Source of the DNA: Nemertoderma westbladi
Lineage: Eukaryota; Animalia; Xenacoelomorpha
DNA length: 36,597 bases
Assembly (NCBI GenBank): GCA_032718475.1
Contig: JAUCBJ010002145.1
Span: forward strand, 1 to 36,597
Reading direction: 5' to 3'
Positions 21,035 to 32,542 of this stretch are shown in pieces. Below the pieces are notes generated by a model, which ran no database searches, was not told the DNA's origin, and saw nothing but the letters and a program-made list of their open reading frames with translations. Position numbers and translations under genes: made by a program. Every line of letters begins with the position of its first letter. Position 1 is the stretch's first letter.

Positions 21035-24000
21035 CTAATTGAATGAGTATTGTGGCCCAGGTGTCCCACCACACCATTGGCCAATAAAACGAAGGACATC
21101 TTGGCAGGCCGGACTATGACTGATTTTGGTTTGAGTTAAGTATTTATTCCATTCGGAAGAGATGGCCTCCTTACCAACCTCTTTAAACTCAACTTTATTC
21201 CGTATCACCGGGTATCCAGATATCACACAGGGCTGACTGTTGATGTTGTTACCAATTAGACTCGCCTCATAGATATCGCGTTCATCCTTTGGTAGAACCT
21301 GCTCCACGCTGTGGTCCATACTAACCGCCAGAACCCATTCCCTCACCTCTTCACGTTGGTCCTCGATGACATTAACATGTTCCGGAAGTTCGATCTCAAA
21401 TGGGATGTCTGTATCCCGGAAATCCGTATTATCTAACCCATCCAAAGAGTTCTCCTCAATGGCTTCGCATAAATCTAGGAACCTATTTAGGAATACGAAT
21501 GCCATGTTTCCCCACCCTTGGGCTCTACAATGTATCCCTGCTTCATAGAAAGCCCTATCTGCGGGTATGAGATGGGTATACCGGAGTAGGGATACAGATA
21601 ACTTAGCCAGTAGGGGTTCCAGTTGAGGTTGGCCGATGCATGAGCACCTAATAGCATTGTAGTGGGATACAAGTAGTAAAGCATTAAATATATCAGTGTC
21701 GGATTGGGTAACATCTGAATGACTACCTGTCTTTATATTCTCCGTCAAGTCGTACAACATGTCTCTTAAATTCGCCCATAACTTCTGAGCTTCGGCTGAG
21801 AGTGAGTTTGGCAATATCAAGAAATCAGCTGCGATCCGCTTGTAAATATTGAAGTTTTGATTGTTGGCTGGAGATCCATGCTCATTATACAAGTGTAGTG
21901 CATCTATAGAATTTCCTTTCTTGATTAAATTTGTTGCATATTTTGCAATATACTTATGTAAAACCTGAGCTCCCTGAGATTTAGCAGTTTCAATGCATTT
22001 AACCCACTCACCCCTTTCCGCCATTGTATCCAGAGCTTCACCCATATCAACCTTGGCAAGACTTTCAGTTTCACCATGAAATTTTAAATATTCTTTATAT
22101 TTATTTTCGACATAAGCCTCAAGTCGAGAATCCAATTCCCTCGCTACCTTCCGTGCTTTTGCCCACTCATCTCCTGCCATTAGAACATCCACAGCTTCTT
22201 GAACTAAATCAACATTTAAGTACAATTCGGCAGCGCCTTTGTACTTCTTGATCTTGACGAGTCTTGGGGCAATTTCATTCACAACACTCATTGCCTTATG
22301 ATTCTCAAGAAATTTTATTGCAATGTTTCCGGCTCTCATCCAGCATTGCTCCAATATTGTGGTATCATCCGTAATGGCATTCGATATGCGGCTATAAGCT
22401 TCAACTGCTTTAATGTGGTCACCTGATGTCTCAAAGGACTGAGCTTGATGAACAATCCCCTCAACACCAATTCCCTGCTCCATTGCTGATTGTTGAAATG
22501 CTCGTTGCAAATCATCAACCTTGTTTGGAAGGTATTCCTTACATATCCTCATAGCATCTTGGAACATTCCTGCTTCCTGATAATATGATACAGCTATTTC
22601 AGGTTTAAATGCCTTCAATAAATATGACTCCGCTTGTTGATATTCCTTATTATCAAATGCCATTCTTGCTTGACCGATTAGAACATCGGATATTGACTCC
22701 TTGTCATGTAATTCTGCAACTCTTTGCGCAGAATCCCAGTCTCTATTGTGGACATACATGAGGACTGCTTCCTTTGGGCGGTTGGCCTTAATAAATTCTT
22801 CTTCTGCTTCCCGGAATTTGCCTTCATCTTCTAAAAATTCTGCTTGTTTTATATGAATATCAGGAAGTTTTTCTTTCATGGCAGTTCGAGCCAATTCAAA
22901 TGCAAAGTCGAATGCCCCATTCTCAGCAGCATAGTCGATAGCTGACTCTAGCAACCCATATTTATTTAATAGTTTCACTGCTGATTCACCACCTAAACTC
23001 TTCGCCCATAGATAAGCAACCTGTTTGGACGCATTTGGACCTCCATGCCCTTTGGCCACCCTAAAAGCTTCATCCCATAGATCATTCAATCTGTACATAT
23101 TAACAGCATTTTTCCATTCTTTAGCTTCAACGAAATGGTGTTCTGCTTGTCTGAATTGCTTTTCGGCTTCTAGTTCTTTAGCGAGATGTAGATGACTTTC
23201 TTGAAGGAGTTCTGGATGATTATCTCGAATTAATTTGATCATTGGCTCGTATTGTTTCTCTCTCTTATACATAGCTATCGCTGAATCAGCGTCACCAGCA
23301 ATGAGATATAACCTTTCTGCTTCCTTGAACTTTCCCTGTTTCTCTAATTCCTCAGCTTGAACCATATACATTGTTGATACTTCATCTGGATTCATAGTTT
23401 GTGCTGCAATCTTATGTGCTTCTTCCCATTTCCCTGCTGATTTATACATATCAATGGCTTCTTTGTGCATACCTGCTTGCACATAATAATATTCTGCATG
23501 TTCATATTCCTTGATTGCTGCATAATGCAGTGCAATTCTGTGATAATATTGAGCTGCTACAGATTTATCTTGGAATTTCAATATTTGTATTGCCTTTTGC
23601 CATTGACGGGCCTGTATAGCAGCTTCAGTAGCCTTTAATGATGCCCCTGCTTCTATGTAATGATTTATAGCTGCATCCAACTGCTTTTGGGAAACTAAGT
23701 GATCGCCCCATTCCTCTTCTAACTTCACTACATCCTGGGGAAATGCAGTTTTTGCAAGGTCTAGAGCCCTTCTATATGCCTGGCCTCGTCTGTAGCATTC
23801 TAATGCTCGCTGCATTGATTTGGCCTTCTCAAATAGATCACCTGCTCTCTCAAAGAACTCTCCTTTAATTAATGCTGCCGCAATACGTTGGACCAAATCA
23901 GTATTTTCTAAGAGATTGTCACGAGTTGCCACAACTCGTGCTGCTCTTGCAGGCATACCAGCCTTCATATACAATTGTATTGCAGCATTTATTTCACCTT

Positions 24001-26287
24001 CATTTTCTTTGAGTTCCCCAGCTTTTTCCTCTTGCCCAGTATCCATTAGCCAGTCGTGGTAACTCCTCCTTAGATTATCAAGTTGAGGGTGTTGCTTAAC
24101 CTCAGCAACCTCTATTGCAGCATCCCATTTATGCAGCTGTTGATACATTGCTATTGCGTCATCAACACAGTTGTTTTCTATATAGATTCGCTCAGCTTCT
24201 TTAAACTGCTTCATCAACATTGCCAATTTCGCTTTGATGGTATAATGCCGAGTTCCATCTGTCATCTTCAGCTCTTCAGCAATAGTAATTGCTTCTTCAT
24301 TAAGTTGTTTGAGATATCGTGTCTTGGCAATGTCTCCAAGTGCAGCAAAGCACCTTTCAGCTATAAGTAGATGACTATTCTCCAAACTCAACTTACTTAA
24401 CGTTTTCCACATTGCTTCTGTCTCTGAACTCATCTCCAATGTTTCAAGAAACGAAATAGCTCTGCTATAATCTCCATCATCAACTGCTGTACCGAATTCT
24501 ATCAAACCTTCATCTAAGGTATACGAAATTGGAGACATACCCTCATTTACTATCACATCAGTTTTTCCATCTGTTCTTTCAACATCTGTGATGTCTCCCT
24601 TTATAGGAAACATACTAACTTGTTCTGGTACATCAATATTGTACCAGACACATAGATTGCCACGATTCTGAGCAACTACAACATCCGAACCTGGAACCCA
24701 TTGAACATAGGTGCAATAATTAAGTACTGTTGTCTTTGTCTCCGACATAATATCATATAGATATAATCGCAAGCGTTTATCTCGAAATAAAAGTTTCCTA
24801 CCAGTCTCATTCAATTCAAGCCAGTCGATTTTACTTTCATGGGAGAGGGTAGAGAGGGTGATACCGCTAGTTAAGTCAAGAATACATACTGTCTTCAAAT
24901 CCAACAGGTATACCATCTTTTTGCTATCTTCAACGCCATTTTGCTTTCGCTCATTTAGTCTAATACTGATTACATGGGGATTCATAAACTCCGTACGAAC
25001 AGAGCCCAATATCTCATTGGTGCCATATTCAATTAGGCTCAATTCCCCTGCATTAAATATCATACAAACTAATGGGTTTTCGAAGAAGAATTTTTCATTT
25101 CCTCCAGTTGCCTGCCATTGAACCTCACTCAGTCGACTGGTCTGCATGTCCCCCACCATAAGAGTGTCAGATGTGTGAGCCACCAGAAACCGGTCCTGTC
25201 CCATAACCTTTACCTCATCTATTTCGTAGCCATAGAAAGACTTGAGCACAACTCGATGTCCAGTTTCTATTGTTTTAACAATCACTTGACTCAATCCCAC
25301 ATATGTAACCTCAAATTTATTTCGGATAATGTTTCGTTTCAAGGCACAATCAAACATTTCCACAGCACCACACAAAGTTCCAGCTACTAGGCGAGAACCG
25401 TCTTTCCTCCAAGCGAGAGATGTTATGGTGTAAAGATTCTTAATTTCTTTGGATTTAGCTTCCTCCCAAGCGTGTCGCCGTGGACTCCAATTATAGACCC
25501 TCAGTTTATCCCATGAACCAACCACAAAAGACTGGCCACTTGGGCTACTGGCAGCCACTGTCAATTCTTTTTCGTCATCATCGTGAGAATAATCGAATTG
25601 TTGAACTTGTTTGCCGTCACGGTTATACACCACAACTCTCTTATCGCAGCCACCAGCAACTATTGTGCTCGCCGTCCAACACAGCGCATATGGTGGACAT
25701 CTGTGAGTGACTATCTTTCCCTGATTGCCACCCCCCTCCTCTTCAAAGAAGTACCTAGCGATACTCCCATCGGCGTGGCCTGATAGAAGAGTTTTTCCTG
25801 TTCCACTGCACGTCAAACTGACAACCATGGAATCGGTTCCAAACAATGTCGATGACTTGTTGGTTTTACTGTTACACAAGCGGATTTTACCATCACCTAA
25901 TCCGCAAACAATATCGCGATCAGGTGGCCAAATTAGAGCTAATACTGCAGAGCTCTGCGGAAACTTGTTACAAATAGTCTTCTTGTCACCCCATTCTTCC
26001 CCAATCTTATAAACTAATATTATATTATCTGTTTGCCCTATAGCTATCTTCGAAGAACATGGCGAAAACGCCATGCATTTCACCTGATAGGATTGTTTTC
26101 CATACTTTGCATCAGCAGGTTTCGTCGCGAATTTATCCTTTCTCTCACCTGTCTCATCAAACAGAATAATGGTCCTATCTGACGTAGCCACTGCTAGCTT
26201 TTGGTTATTTGGAGCCCAAGACATGCAAGTAATACGATGCATGCCATCCTGGTGCATCATTAATGACTTTAAGTATTTCAAATTCAT
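21035..26287 (-). CDS. IFT172: Intraflagellar transport protein 172, full length, single coding exon
   Basis: Uninterrupted 1750-aa ORF. The N-terminal WD40 region has hallmark segments (DKFATKPAD.KYG, IAIGQTDNII.VYKIGEEWGDKKTICNKF, SVRTEFMNPH.IS.R.NER). It is followed by a long TPR/alpha-solenoid and a C-terminal AFVFLNRFLDL...EEVREWVLAVSMD...PCVISGYPV. Length is essentially that of vertebrate IFT172. Confidence 0.98.
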   Translation of the reverse strand: MNLKYLKSLMMHQDGMHRITCMSWAPNNQKLAVATSDRTIILFDETGERKDKFATKPADAKYGKQSYQVKCMAFSPCSSKIAIGQTDNIILVYKIGEEWGDKKTICNKFPQSSAVLALIWPPDRDIVCGLGDGKIRLCNSKTNKSSTLFGTDSMVVSLTCSGTGKTLLSGHADGSIARYFFEEEGGGNQGKIVTHRCPPYALCWTASTIVAGGCDKRVVVYNRDGKQVQQFDYSHDDDEKELTVAASSPSGQSFVVGSWDKLRVYNWSPRRHAWEEAKSKEIKNLYTITSLAWRKDGSRLVAGTLCGAVEMFDCALKRNIIRNKFEVTYVGLSQVIVKTIETGHRVVLKSFYGYEIDEVKVMGQDRFLVAHTSDTLMVGDMQTSRLSEVQWQATGGNEKFFFENPLVCMIFNAGELSLIEYGTNEILGSVRTEFMNPHVISIRLNERKQNGVEDSKKMVYLLDLKTVCILDLTSGITLSTLSHESKIDWLELNETGRKLLFRDKRLRLYLYDIMSETKTTVLNYCTYVQWVPGSDVVVAQNRGNLCVWYNIDVPEQVSMFPIKGDITDVERTDGKTDVIVNEGMSPISYTLDEGLIEFGTAVDDGDYSRAISFLETLEMSSETEAMWKTLSKLSLENSHLLIAERCFAALGDIAKTRYLKQLNEEAITIAEELKMTDGTRHYTIKAKLAMLMKQFKEAERIYIENNCVDDAIAMYQQLHKWDAAIEVAEVKQHPQLDNLRRSYHDWLMDTGQEEKAGELKENEGEINAAIQLYMKAGMPARAARVVATRDNLLENTDLVQRIAAALIKGEFFERAGDLFEKAKSMQRALECYRRGQAYRRALDLAKTAFPQDVVKLEEEWGDHLVSQKQLDAAINHYIEAGASLKATEAAIQARQWQKAIQILKFQDKSVAAQYYHRIALHYAAIKEYEHAEYYYVQAGMHKEAIDMYKSAGKWEEAHKIAAQTMNPDEVSTMYMVQAEELEKQGKFKEAERLYLIAGDADSAIAMYKREKQYEPMIKLIRDNHPELLQESHLHLAKELEAEKQFRQAEHHFVEAKEWKNAVNMYRLNDLWDEAFRVAKGHGGPNASKQVAYLWAKSLGGESAVKLLNKYGLLESAIDYAAENGAFDFAFELARTAMKEKLPDIHIKQAEFLEDEGKFREAEEEFIKANRPKEAVLMYVHNRDWDSAQRVAELHDKESISDVLIGQARMAFDNKEYQQAESYLLKAFKPEIAVSYYQEAGMFQDAMRICKEYLPNKVDDLQRAFQQSAMEQGIGVEGIVHQAQSFETSGDHIKAVEAYSRISNAITDDTTILEQCWMRAGNIAIKFLENHKAMSVVNEIAPRLVKIKKYKGAAELYLNVDLVQEAVDVLMAGDEWAKARKVARELDSRLEAYVENKYKEYLKFHGETESLAKVDMGEALDTMAERGEWVKCIETAKSQGAQVLHKYIAKYATNLIKKGNSIDALHLYNEHGSPANNQNFNIYKRIAADFLILPNSLSAEAQKLWANLRDMLYDLTENIKTGSHSDVTQSDTDIFNALLLVSHYNAIRCSCIGQPQLEPLLAKLSVSLLRYTHLIPADRAFYEAGIHCRAQGWGNMAFVFLNRFLDLCEAIEENSLDGLDNTDFRDTDIPFEIELPEHVNVIEDQREEVREWVLAVSMDHSVEQVLPKDERDIYEASLIGNNINSQPCVISGYPVIRNKVEFKEVGKEAISSEWNKYLTQTKISHSPACQDVLRFIGQWCGGTPGPQYSFN

Positions 26288-26731
26288 TTTGATAAATTAA
26301 TTCGTAATAAAGTTTCTGTTTATGGAGTATTTGTTTATTATAGTTCACCAACAAACTGTTCTGGCCTACGCCTATGGTCGTTGAGCAGTTAAAGCACTAT
26401 GTTGATCCTAAACGCTTAAAAAATCATTATAACAATGACAAATTTAAGAATATTAGTGATGCTATTGGTAAATTACTACACAACTTTATGGTAAAGGCTA
26501 CCAATTTCCGATGCGCCAAAATAGGTAATTTAATCATCATTTTTTTCAAAATTAATTTGTGATTCAAAAGTAGATAGGCCTATATTTATAACCACTCATC
26601 ACAACAGATCTATCATCAATTAATAAGGTTAACATGCATCAGTTAAGTTACTTTTTTTTCACCTAATAAAGTAAACTACCGGTATGTATCAAATTAGATA
26701 CCAGATACAATTAGTATCGTCCCCACAATTA

Positions 26732-27117
26732 GGGGCCGTCCAAGTATGACGTCAGCACTTTAGGGGGGGGGGGGGGGGGGTTGGGAAAATCTGATGACGT
26801 GCTGATGAGGGGAGGGGAGGGGAGGGGGTCAGCCAAAATCTGACGTCAGCATGTTCATTTATAGGTGCTAGAAGAGATATAGCAGAAGAGTAAATAGCTT
26901 GCCTATTTTAATTGTTCGAAGCCCCCGAAGGCCCGTAGCACGACCTTCTGTTTCAGTTACCAGTCACCATGTTTCAGTGATTAGGACGCGAATTTTTTTT
27001 AAATCTGATTAAGGGGGGGGGGGGGGGGGTCAACGCCTATCTGATGACATCTGATTTAGGGGAGGGAGGGGGTCAACATTTTGGGGAAAAGTGCAGACCT
27101 CATACTTGGACGGCCCC
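26732..27117. mobile_element. PIF/Harbinger-type (Tourist-like) MITE
   Basis: Perfect TIRs GGGGCCGTCCAAGTATGA / TCATACTTGGACGGCCCC, flanked by a 3-bp TTA duplication (26729-26731 and 27118-27120). It contains two poly-G tracts. Confidence 0.88.
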
Positions 27118-28793
27118 TTACGTCTCTTGCTCAAACATTATTCATCATGACAGACAATATGAAAAGTAAAAATTTCGTAAAACTATTTGCTTGGATAATT
27201 TATATTCCAATCAAATGTTTGCAGAGGCGTATGTGTACCAGAATTAATCAAGCACTAGGCCTATATGTATGGAGCAACCAGCAAACCCATAATCGGATTT
27301 GCAATTACGAAGAAATTTAGAACCCCACAGATATCACCACTACAATGTACCCCTAAGACCAAATCGGAAATGCGGTTAACCGTTTAAGGTCAATGCTTCA
27401 CTTATTACACAATACAACGGTTGATTATTTAGGGCCTAATGTGGTTAATTTAATTTGTTGATATATATATAAGCATTGATATATATATTAATTTTTATTG
27501 TTAATTTTGGAGATTAAATCACCAATGTAGTAACAAAAATATTAATAATAAATTATAAATAATATTTTATTTTTAAAATGACAGCTAAACAACGATGTCA
27601 ATGATCTACAGTAGGCCTGCCAGCCTGTAGGAGTGTTGGCAAGGTAATAAATAAGCTGACAAGGCGGGGGCGGGCTGCGCAACATTAAAATCAATAATAT
27701 ATTGCTAACTGTCACGGTCGGACGTCAGGACGTTATTGTACTAAATTTATTAGATTATAGCTTCACTAAGCCTTACTGTACCAACCAGCCAACCAAACCT
27801 ACGCCGAAACAAACGAAAATCTGAACATTTACATAAAACTAAATGTGACTGAATGCAGGAATTTTAAATAAAGATTAAATAATGGTGGTAGGCCACAATT
27901 ACAATGTGATGAGGCTGATGTACCGTTGTAGTTGTACCGTACCGCGTATCCAAGAAAGGCCATCTCAGCATCTAAAAGTTGTTTAGATGGCCTTGACTGT
28001 TGACCGTAAGTCTTGACCGTACCCTCCCCTCCCTGCGCTGTGCGGTGGTGTCTGATCTGGTATCTGGATCTGTTGTACTTGTATTACTAAATAAGAATCT
28101 GAAATAAAGTACCGCAGGTAACGCCCCCAAACACGTCATGTACTGTACCGGTACCGGCAGGCCGATGCCTAACTGCTGAACTGGTAAACTCTGAAATTAA
28201 TGCAGGAATGAAATGCACATTCCTTACTGAGTAGCTACAGTATACTTGCCAACTTAACAACCGTTGCTAGGCTGCCAGGATATGAGCCAATAGATGAATA
28301 GCTATGGACGAATTTTATTTAGAAAAATAAATATAACTTAATAATACAATTAATTGAGTATTATTATCAATATTTTTTATATTTGTTTATCAATCAAATC
28401 ATAATAGTCTCTGTGTGTAGTGATTAATTATGCCTTATAAAAATCTGGTACCGTTAAGCTTTATATGTTTTTGATTTTATTGATTTTCAAATTAAGCGCT
28501 TCCATTTTAAAATTGTTTTACCTGGATTAAATGACACCTTTTACGTAAATATCGGATACCTTGAATCGTTTAATCACGTTGTCTTAAATGTTGTAATAAT
28601 CATACTAGATTATTCCAACACGTCATGTGAGGTATTGCTTAAATGAAAAATGAAAAATTCTACATTATGCATTTAAATAGTGGCGAATTCATATAAACCA
28701 TATTTTTTGTGCCTTCAACAGTTTAATAATATGAATACTATGTAATTACAAATTTGTAACTTATTTAATACATTGAGATCATTTTATTTACAG

Positions 28794-28894
28794 GTGGACA
28801 TCAGGATGTTGTATCTGCTCTATGGTCTTTGCGAGACTATATGCTCCAAGATGCTCTGAAACTAGACAGGGTCCTTGATGCAACAGAGTTCTAG
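28794..28894 (+). CDS. PBRM1: Polybromo-1, terminal coding exon
   Basis: Acceptor attttatttacag|, phase 1 compatible (G|GT = Gly). Encodes GGHQDVVSALWSLRDYMLQDALKLDRVLDATEF-stop (TAG at 28892-28894), versus recalled human GAHTTMADALWRLRDLMLRDTLNIRQAYNLENV-stop. Confidence 0.9.
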
Positions 28895-30259
28895 AAGTTA
28901 GACTAAAAGTACCACGATGTGCAATTAACTGCTTTACTTTCACTGTGGAGACTCGTTTATATAAATTTGATATTTAAACTTGTTGCTAAGTGTTTATGGT
29001 ATATATACAGTTATTGTATTTACAATATTTAGGACTACATTGAGTACTGCAATTGAACGGTTATAATGTTTGTGTGTTCAGAGTTTGTGTTTCGTTTTAG
29101 AAGTTTTTACAGTAATATATATTTACTTATTTGGTATATATTAACTATTTTCGGCAATGAGTATGTTGTCGTTTTATTCGTAAATTGTATCATTTCGAGA
29201 CGACCGCCTATCCCCCCCCCCCCCCCCCCCCATCCGTTATCTTTTATTACAATATTTACACTTATTTACAAAATTTTTTGAATATAAATTATTTAATTAG
29301 GTAGACGATCTTGTCTTAATATACTGTAGTATCGGTCGATTTTGTTCTTCTGTTACTGAAGTGTAATTTATTTATTTAACCCTTTTTGTTATCAGTCAGT
29401 ACCAGTTCTGGTTTCTTTATATAACTGTATCGGGATTAATTGATGGTTATAAAATCCGACGTAATTGAAGTTTACCCGAGCTATTGACATCAGCTTACTG
29501 ATTTCAGCTATTTTTGTAATACTTTCTATTTCATCTTTGCAATTTAGTTAAGCAGTTGATATTTTTTAGTTGTATCTGTAAATTCACAATCGGAGTGAAT
29601 GGATTGGCTGTATTCTGGTAAACAGCTTATAAACAGTAGGCCTAGGGAATATCGGTTAAACATATTTCCAGTTTACGTCGATTATTTAGAATTTATGCGA
29701 CATGTTGTTTATATTATATTTATGTTTGTTCACGTGCATAGTGCATAAATAATTATAACAAATATCCGTTTTTCAAAATGATTATATAAAAAACGGCGCT
29801 GTTTTTATAATCGTCCATGTTATATTATTTTACATTATTAGCCAATCACACTGGGGATAGTTTTAAACTACTTACTTATTAGAAGACCGTGAGGTGTAAA
29901 ACAAAACGTATGTTTATGTGTCTGTATGTATGTTTGTGCACATTGATATTGGCTTGGAAGGGAACCTGCTCTACCTGGTGGTCAACTATACAAAGAATAA
30001 GTATTATTAAAATAACAAAAAATTTAAAACAAAAAAATTAATTAAAAAGTTAAAAAGTAATAAGTGGCACAAATTCAGCCACCATACATGCCTACACCTT
30101 TACGATATATTAAAATTTTTATTAGATATAATTCAAATTCAAAACTTGAAACGTTACTAAGGTGGTTTTGACTTTTCTACTTAACGATATGTTGGTTGAT
30201 GGTACCGCTACGCTGAGGCATAACCTTACTTATTGGCTCGCCCCACACCCCATGAATAT

Positions 30260-30860
30260 TGTAATAACTATTTACATACTTGTGTGTAAAGTAGCACTTT
30301 ACAGTGTGATGATCCCAGTGGCTTTGTTACACGAACCAACGTTAGTGAGTGAGTGAAAATAAAGCCACGAGTATCAGAACACTGTAAAGTACTTTGCAAC
30401 AAGTATGTATGTAGTTTTATTCCAAAATTTAAACATTACGAAATTTTTGTACATATACATTATAAGTGATAGAAACTGAACAAATTATATTAGTTGCTGT
30501 ATAAATAATTGTAAAAATGACATAAATTATGTTATAAATAAGTTAGCTTATATTTATGGTGGCGTTTGGAGCCATGTTATAATAATATAGCTAGGCCCTA
30601 CTGGTCATTAATAGCTATACCCCGCCTACCGGTAGGTAATGCAGTCGGCCTATTTGGCTGTCAGGCAAATTTCCACCTATTGTTTACGTGGTATCCAATG
30701 ACGGCGTTAATGGGTTACCACGTAAACAATAACATCAAATACAATACTAAATGTACAGGCCAATACAATGCTGTAATGTCCTCTAAAGTTGTAAAGTGCT
30801 AAATAACAACTCGCTGTTAATACTAACGGCGTTGAGTAATATTACAATTTTGGAATAAAG
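30260..30860 (+). mobile_element. Non-autonomous element with a terminal foldback and a second inverted-repeat pair
   Basis: Hairpin tacatacttgt...actttacagtgt...gtggcttt / aaagccac...acactgtaaagt...acaagtatgta (30273-30410), then ttattccaaaat (30418) paired with attttggaataa (30847). Superfamily uncertain. Confidence 0.6.
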
Positions 30861-32394
30861 TGTATTTATACAGTGCCCCCCCCCCCCCCCCCCCCCTCTC
30901 CTCTGTAGGTTCACCTCCCGATTTCTTACTTATTGTCGAAATCTTGAGTTACAAGCGTTTGAAAAGGTGTCTCTGCCTACGGCATCACAAATGGCACAAA
31001 TATCGAATATTTGATATTGGATCGATATTGCACCAGTCACTGTACTGCAGTTATTCTTCAAATATGAATAGAGCAGTATGTCATACAGCGGTATGCCTAT
31101 ACAATATCTTTATTACTTAGCTATCATATACATAAATAAAATGTTCCAGAACATTGTATTTTTACCTATTTAATAGAATAGATGGCCTTCAGCGAACGAT
31201 AATTCTTGCAATCTTTGAACGCTTATACTGTATCTCAGTTGTTTCTCAACGAAATTCAAATATTGTTATATATTTGGAATCCTCTCAACGCAAGCTTTCT
31301 AATGATATGAAAATTACGATTAATGTGCAGTGTCATCGATACGGAGGAGGGTGCGATTAATGTGCAGAGTGTCAACGATAGGCCTACGGAGGAGGGTGCG
31401 ATTTCGCATGACACTTTTTTAAAACTATTATTGAAAAAATTTAAAGGCAAATCGAAAATTCCGGCTTCATTGTAAGTTTCAGACTGCAGTATAGTTCAAC
31501 TCACCGTTGTAACACTACTATAGTGTTTCAAATGTTAAGAAATTTGATGAAGAATTGTAGAAAAATTTGGGCGGGGAAGGGGGGGGGGGGGGGTGTCATC
31601 AGAAAATGACACTATATTACGGGTCATTGTGTATACTAAGTTGCAAGTTGTTGCATCTGCGGAGATGCTATTTAATAAATACGCATAATTCTGGAACATT
31701 ATATTTATCCCATAAAGCGTAATGTAGCTGGGCATTTATTACTGAATATAATTTTACTATTACAGTACGTTCATACGGTACAATATACAAAATGTTCTAT
31801 GGAGTATTTAAATACAGTATAATAATAATGAATGGCGCCACCGGAGCAAGCCACTGAATAAGACACAACATTTTAGACATTCTGTACTGTGATACCGGTA
31901 CATTGAAGTTGAAATTAAATTGAAACATTTTTCTTACAGTCTGACAGTTGTGTACTGTACATGCCTACCGTTCAGTACTGCATTGGTGAATGAATGTTAC
32001 GAAGTTTGCTAAAGAACAGTGACAGTGGTACGGTACCGGTACGCCACTTCGTATTTACAGTCAACCAAGGACTTATCTACTTCGATTCGAGTTGGCCTTT
32101 CAGTCTACATATCTGAGTGTTAATTTAAATTAAAACCTTTTTAGTATGCTTAGTTAGGTCTAGCCGCCTAGGCCTTCAGTACGATACTGCGATATGATGT
32201 AGTAAATGTATTGTGGGCGTACGCCTACCCCTCCGATGGTAGGTCGAGGATTAGGCCTAGCATGAGTACTGCCCATAACCAGATCTCAGTCAGCCACACA
32301 CAGTAACATAGCCCCCCAGATCTCGCAGTCAGCCATATACACACACAGTGCCAATATGTTGGCAAGTTACTCGGCCCTGGGACGTGAGATTGAG

Positions 32395-32542
32395 ATTGAC
32401 CTTGAAATCTACTTCAAGGTCACCTTGAAACTCAAGTTTTACCTTGACTAAGATTTTCTTGAGTTTAAGTCAAGCGGGTAACTCAAAGCAGTAGGCCTAT
32501 TTAGTCAAGGTGAAACTTGAAATTTCAAGGCTCACCTTGAGT
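32395..32542. repeat. Nested inverted repeats built from CCTTGA/TCAAGG
   Basis: ccttgaaactcaagttttaccttgactaa pairs with ttagtcaaggtgaaacttgaaatttcaagg, and tgaccttgaa pairs with ttcaaggtca. Confidence 0.8.

Noticed and set aside
21366-26012. Short ORFs overlapping IFT172, and the 180-aa ORF antisense to SYCE2 (35285-35827)
   Set aside because: These are shadow ORFs of real coding sequence.
26791-26810. CTGATGA motifs in the Harbinger MITE
   Set aside because: The hammerhead stems and a correctly placed GAAA are missing, and no convincing C/D snoRNA layout is present.
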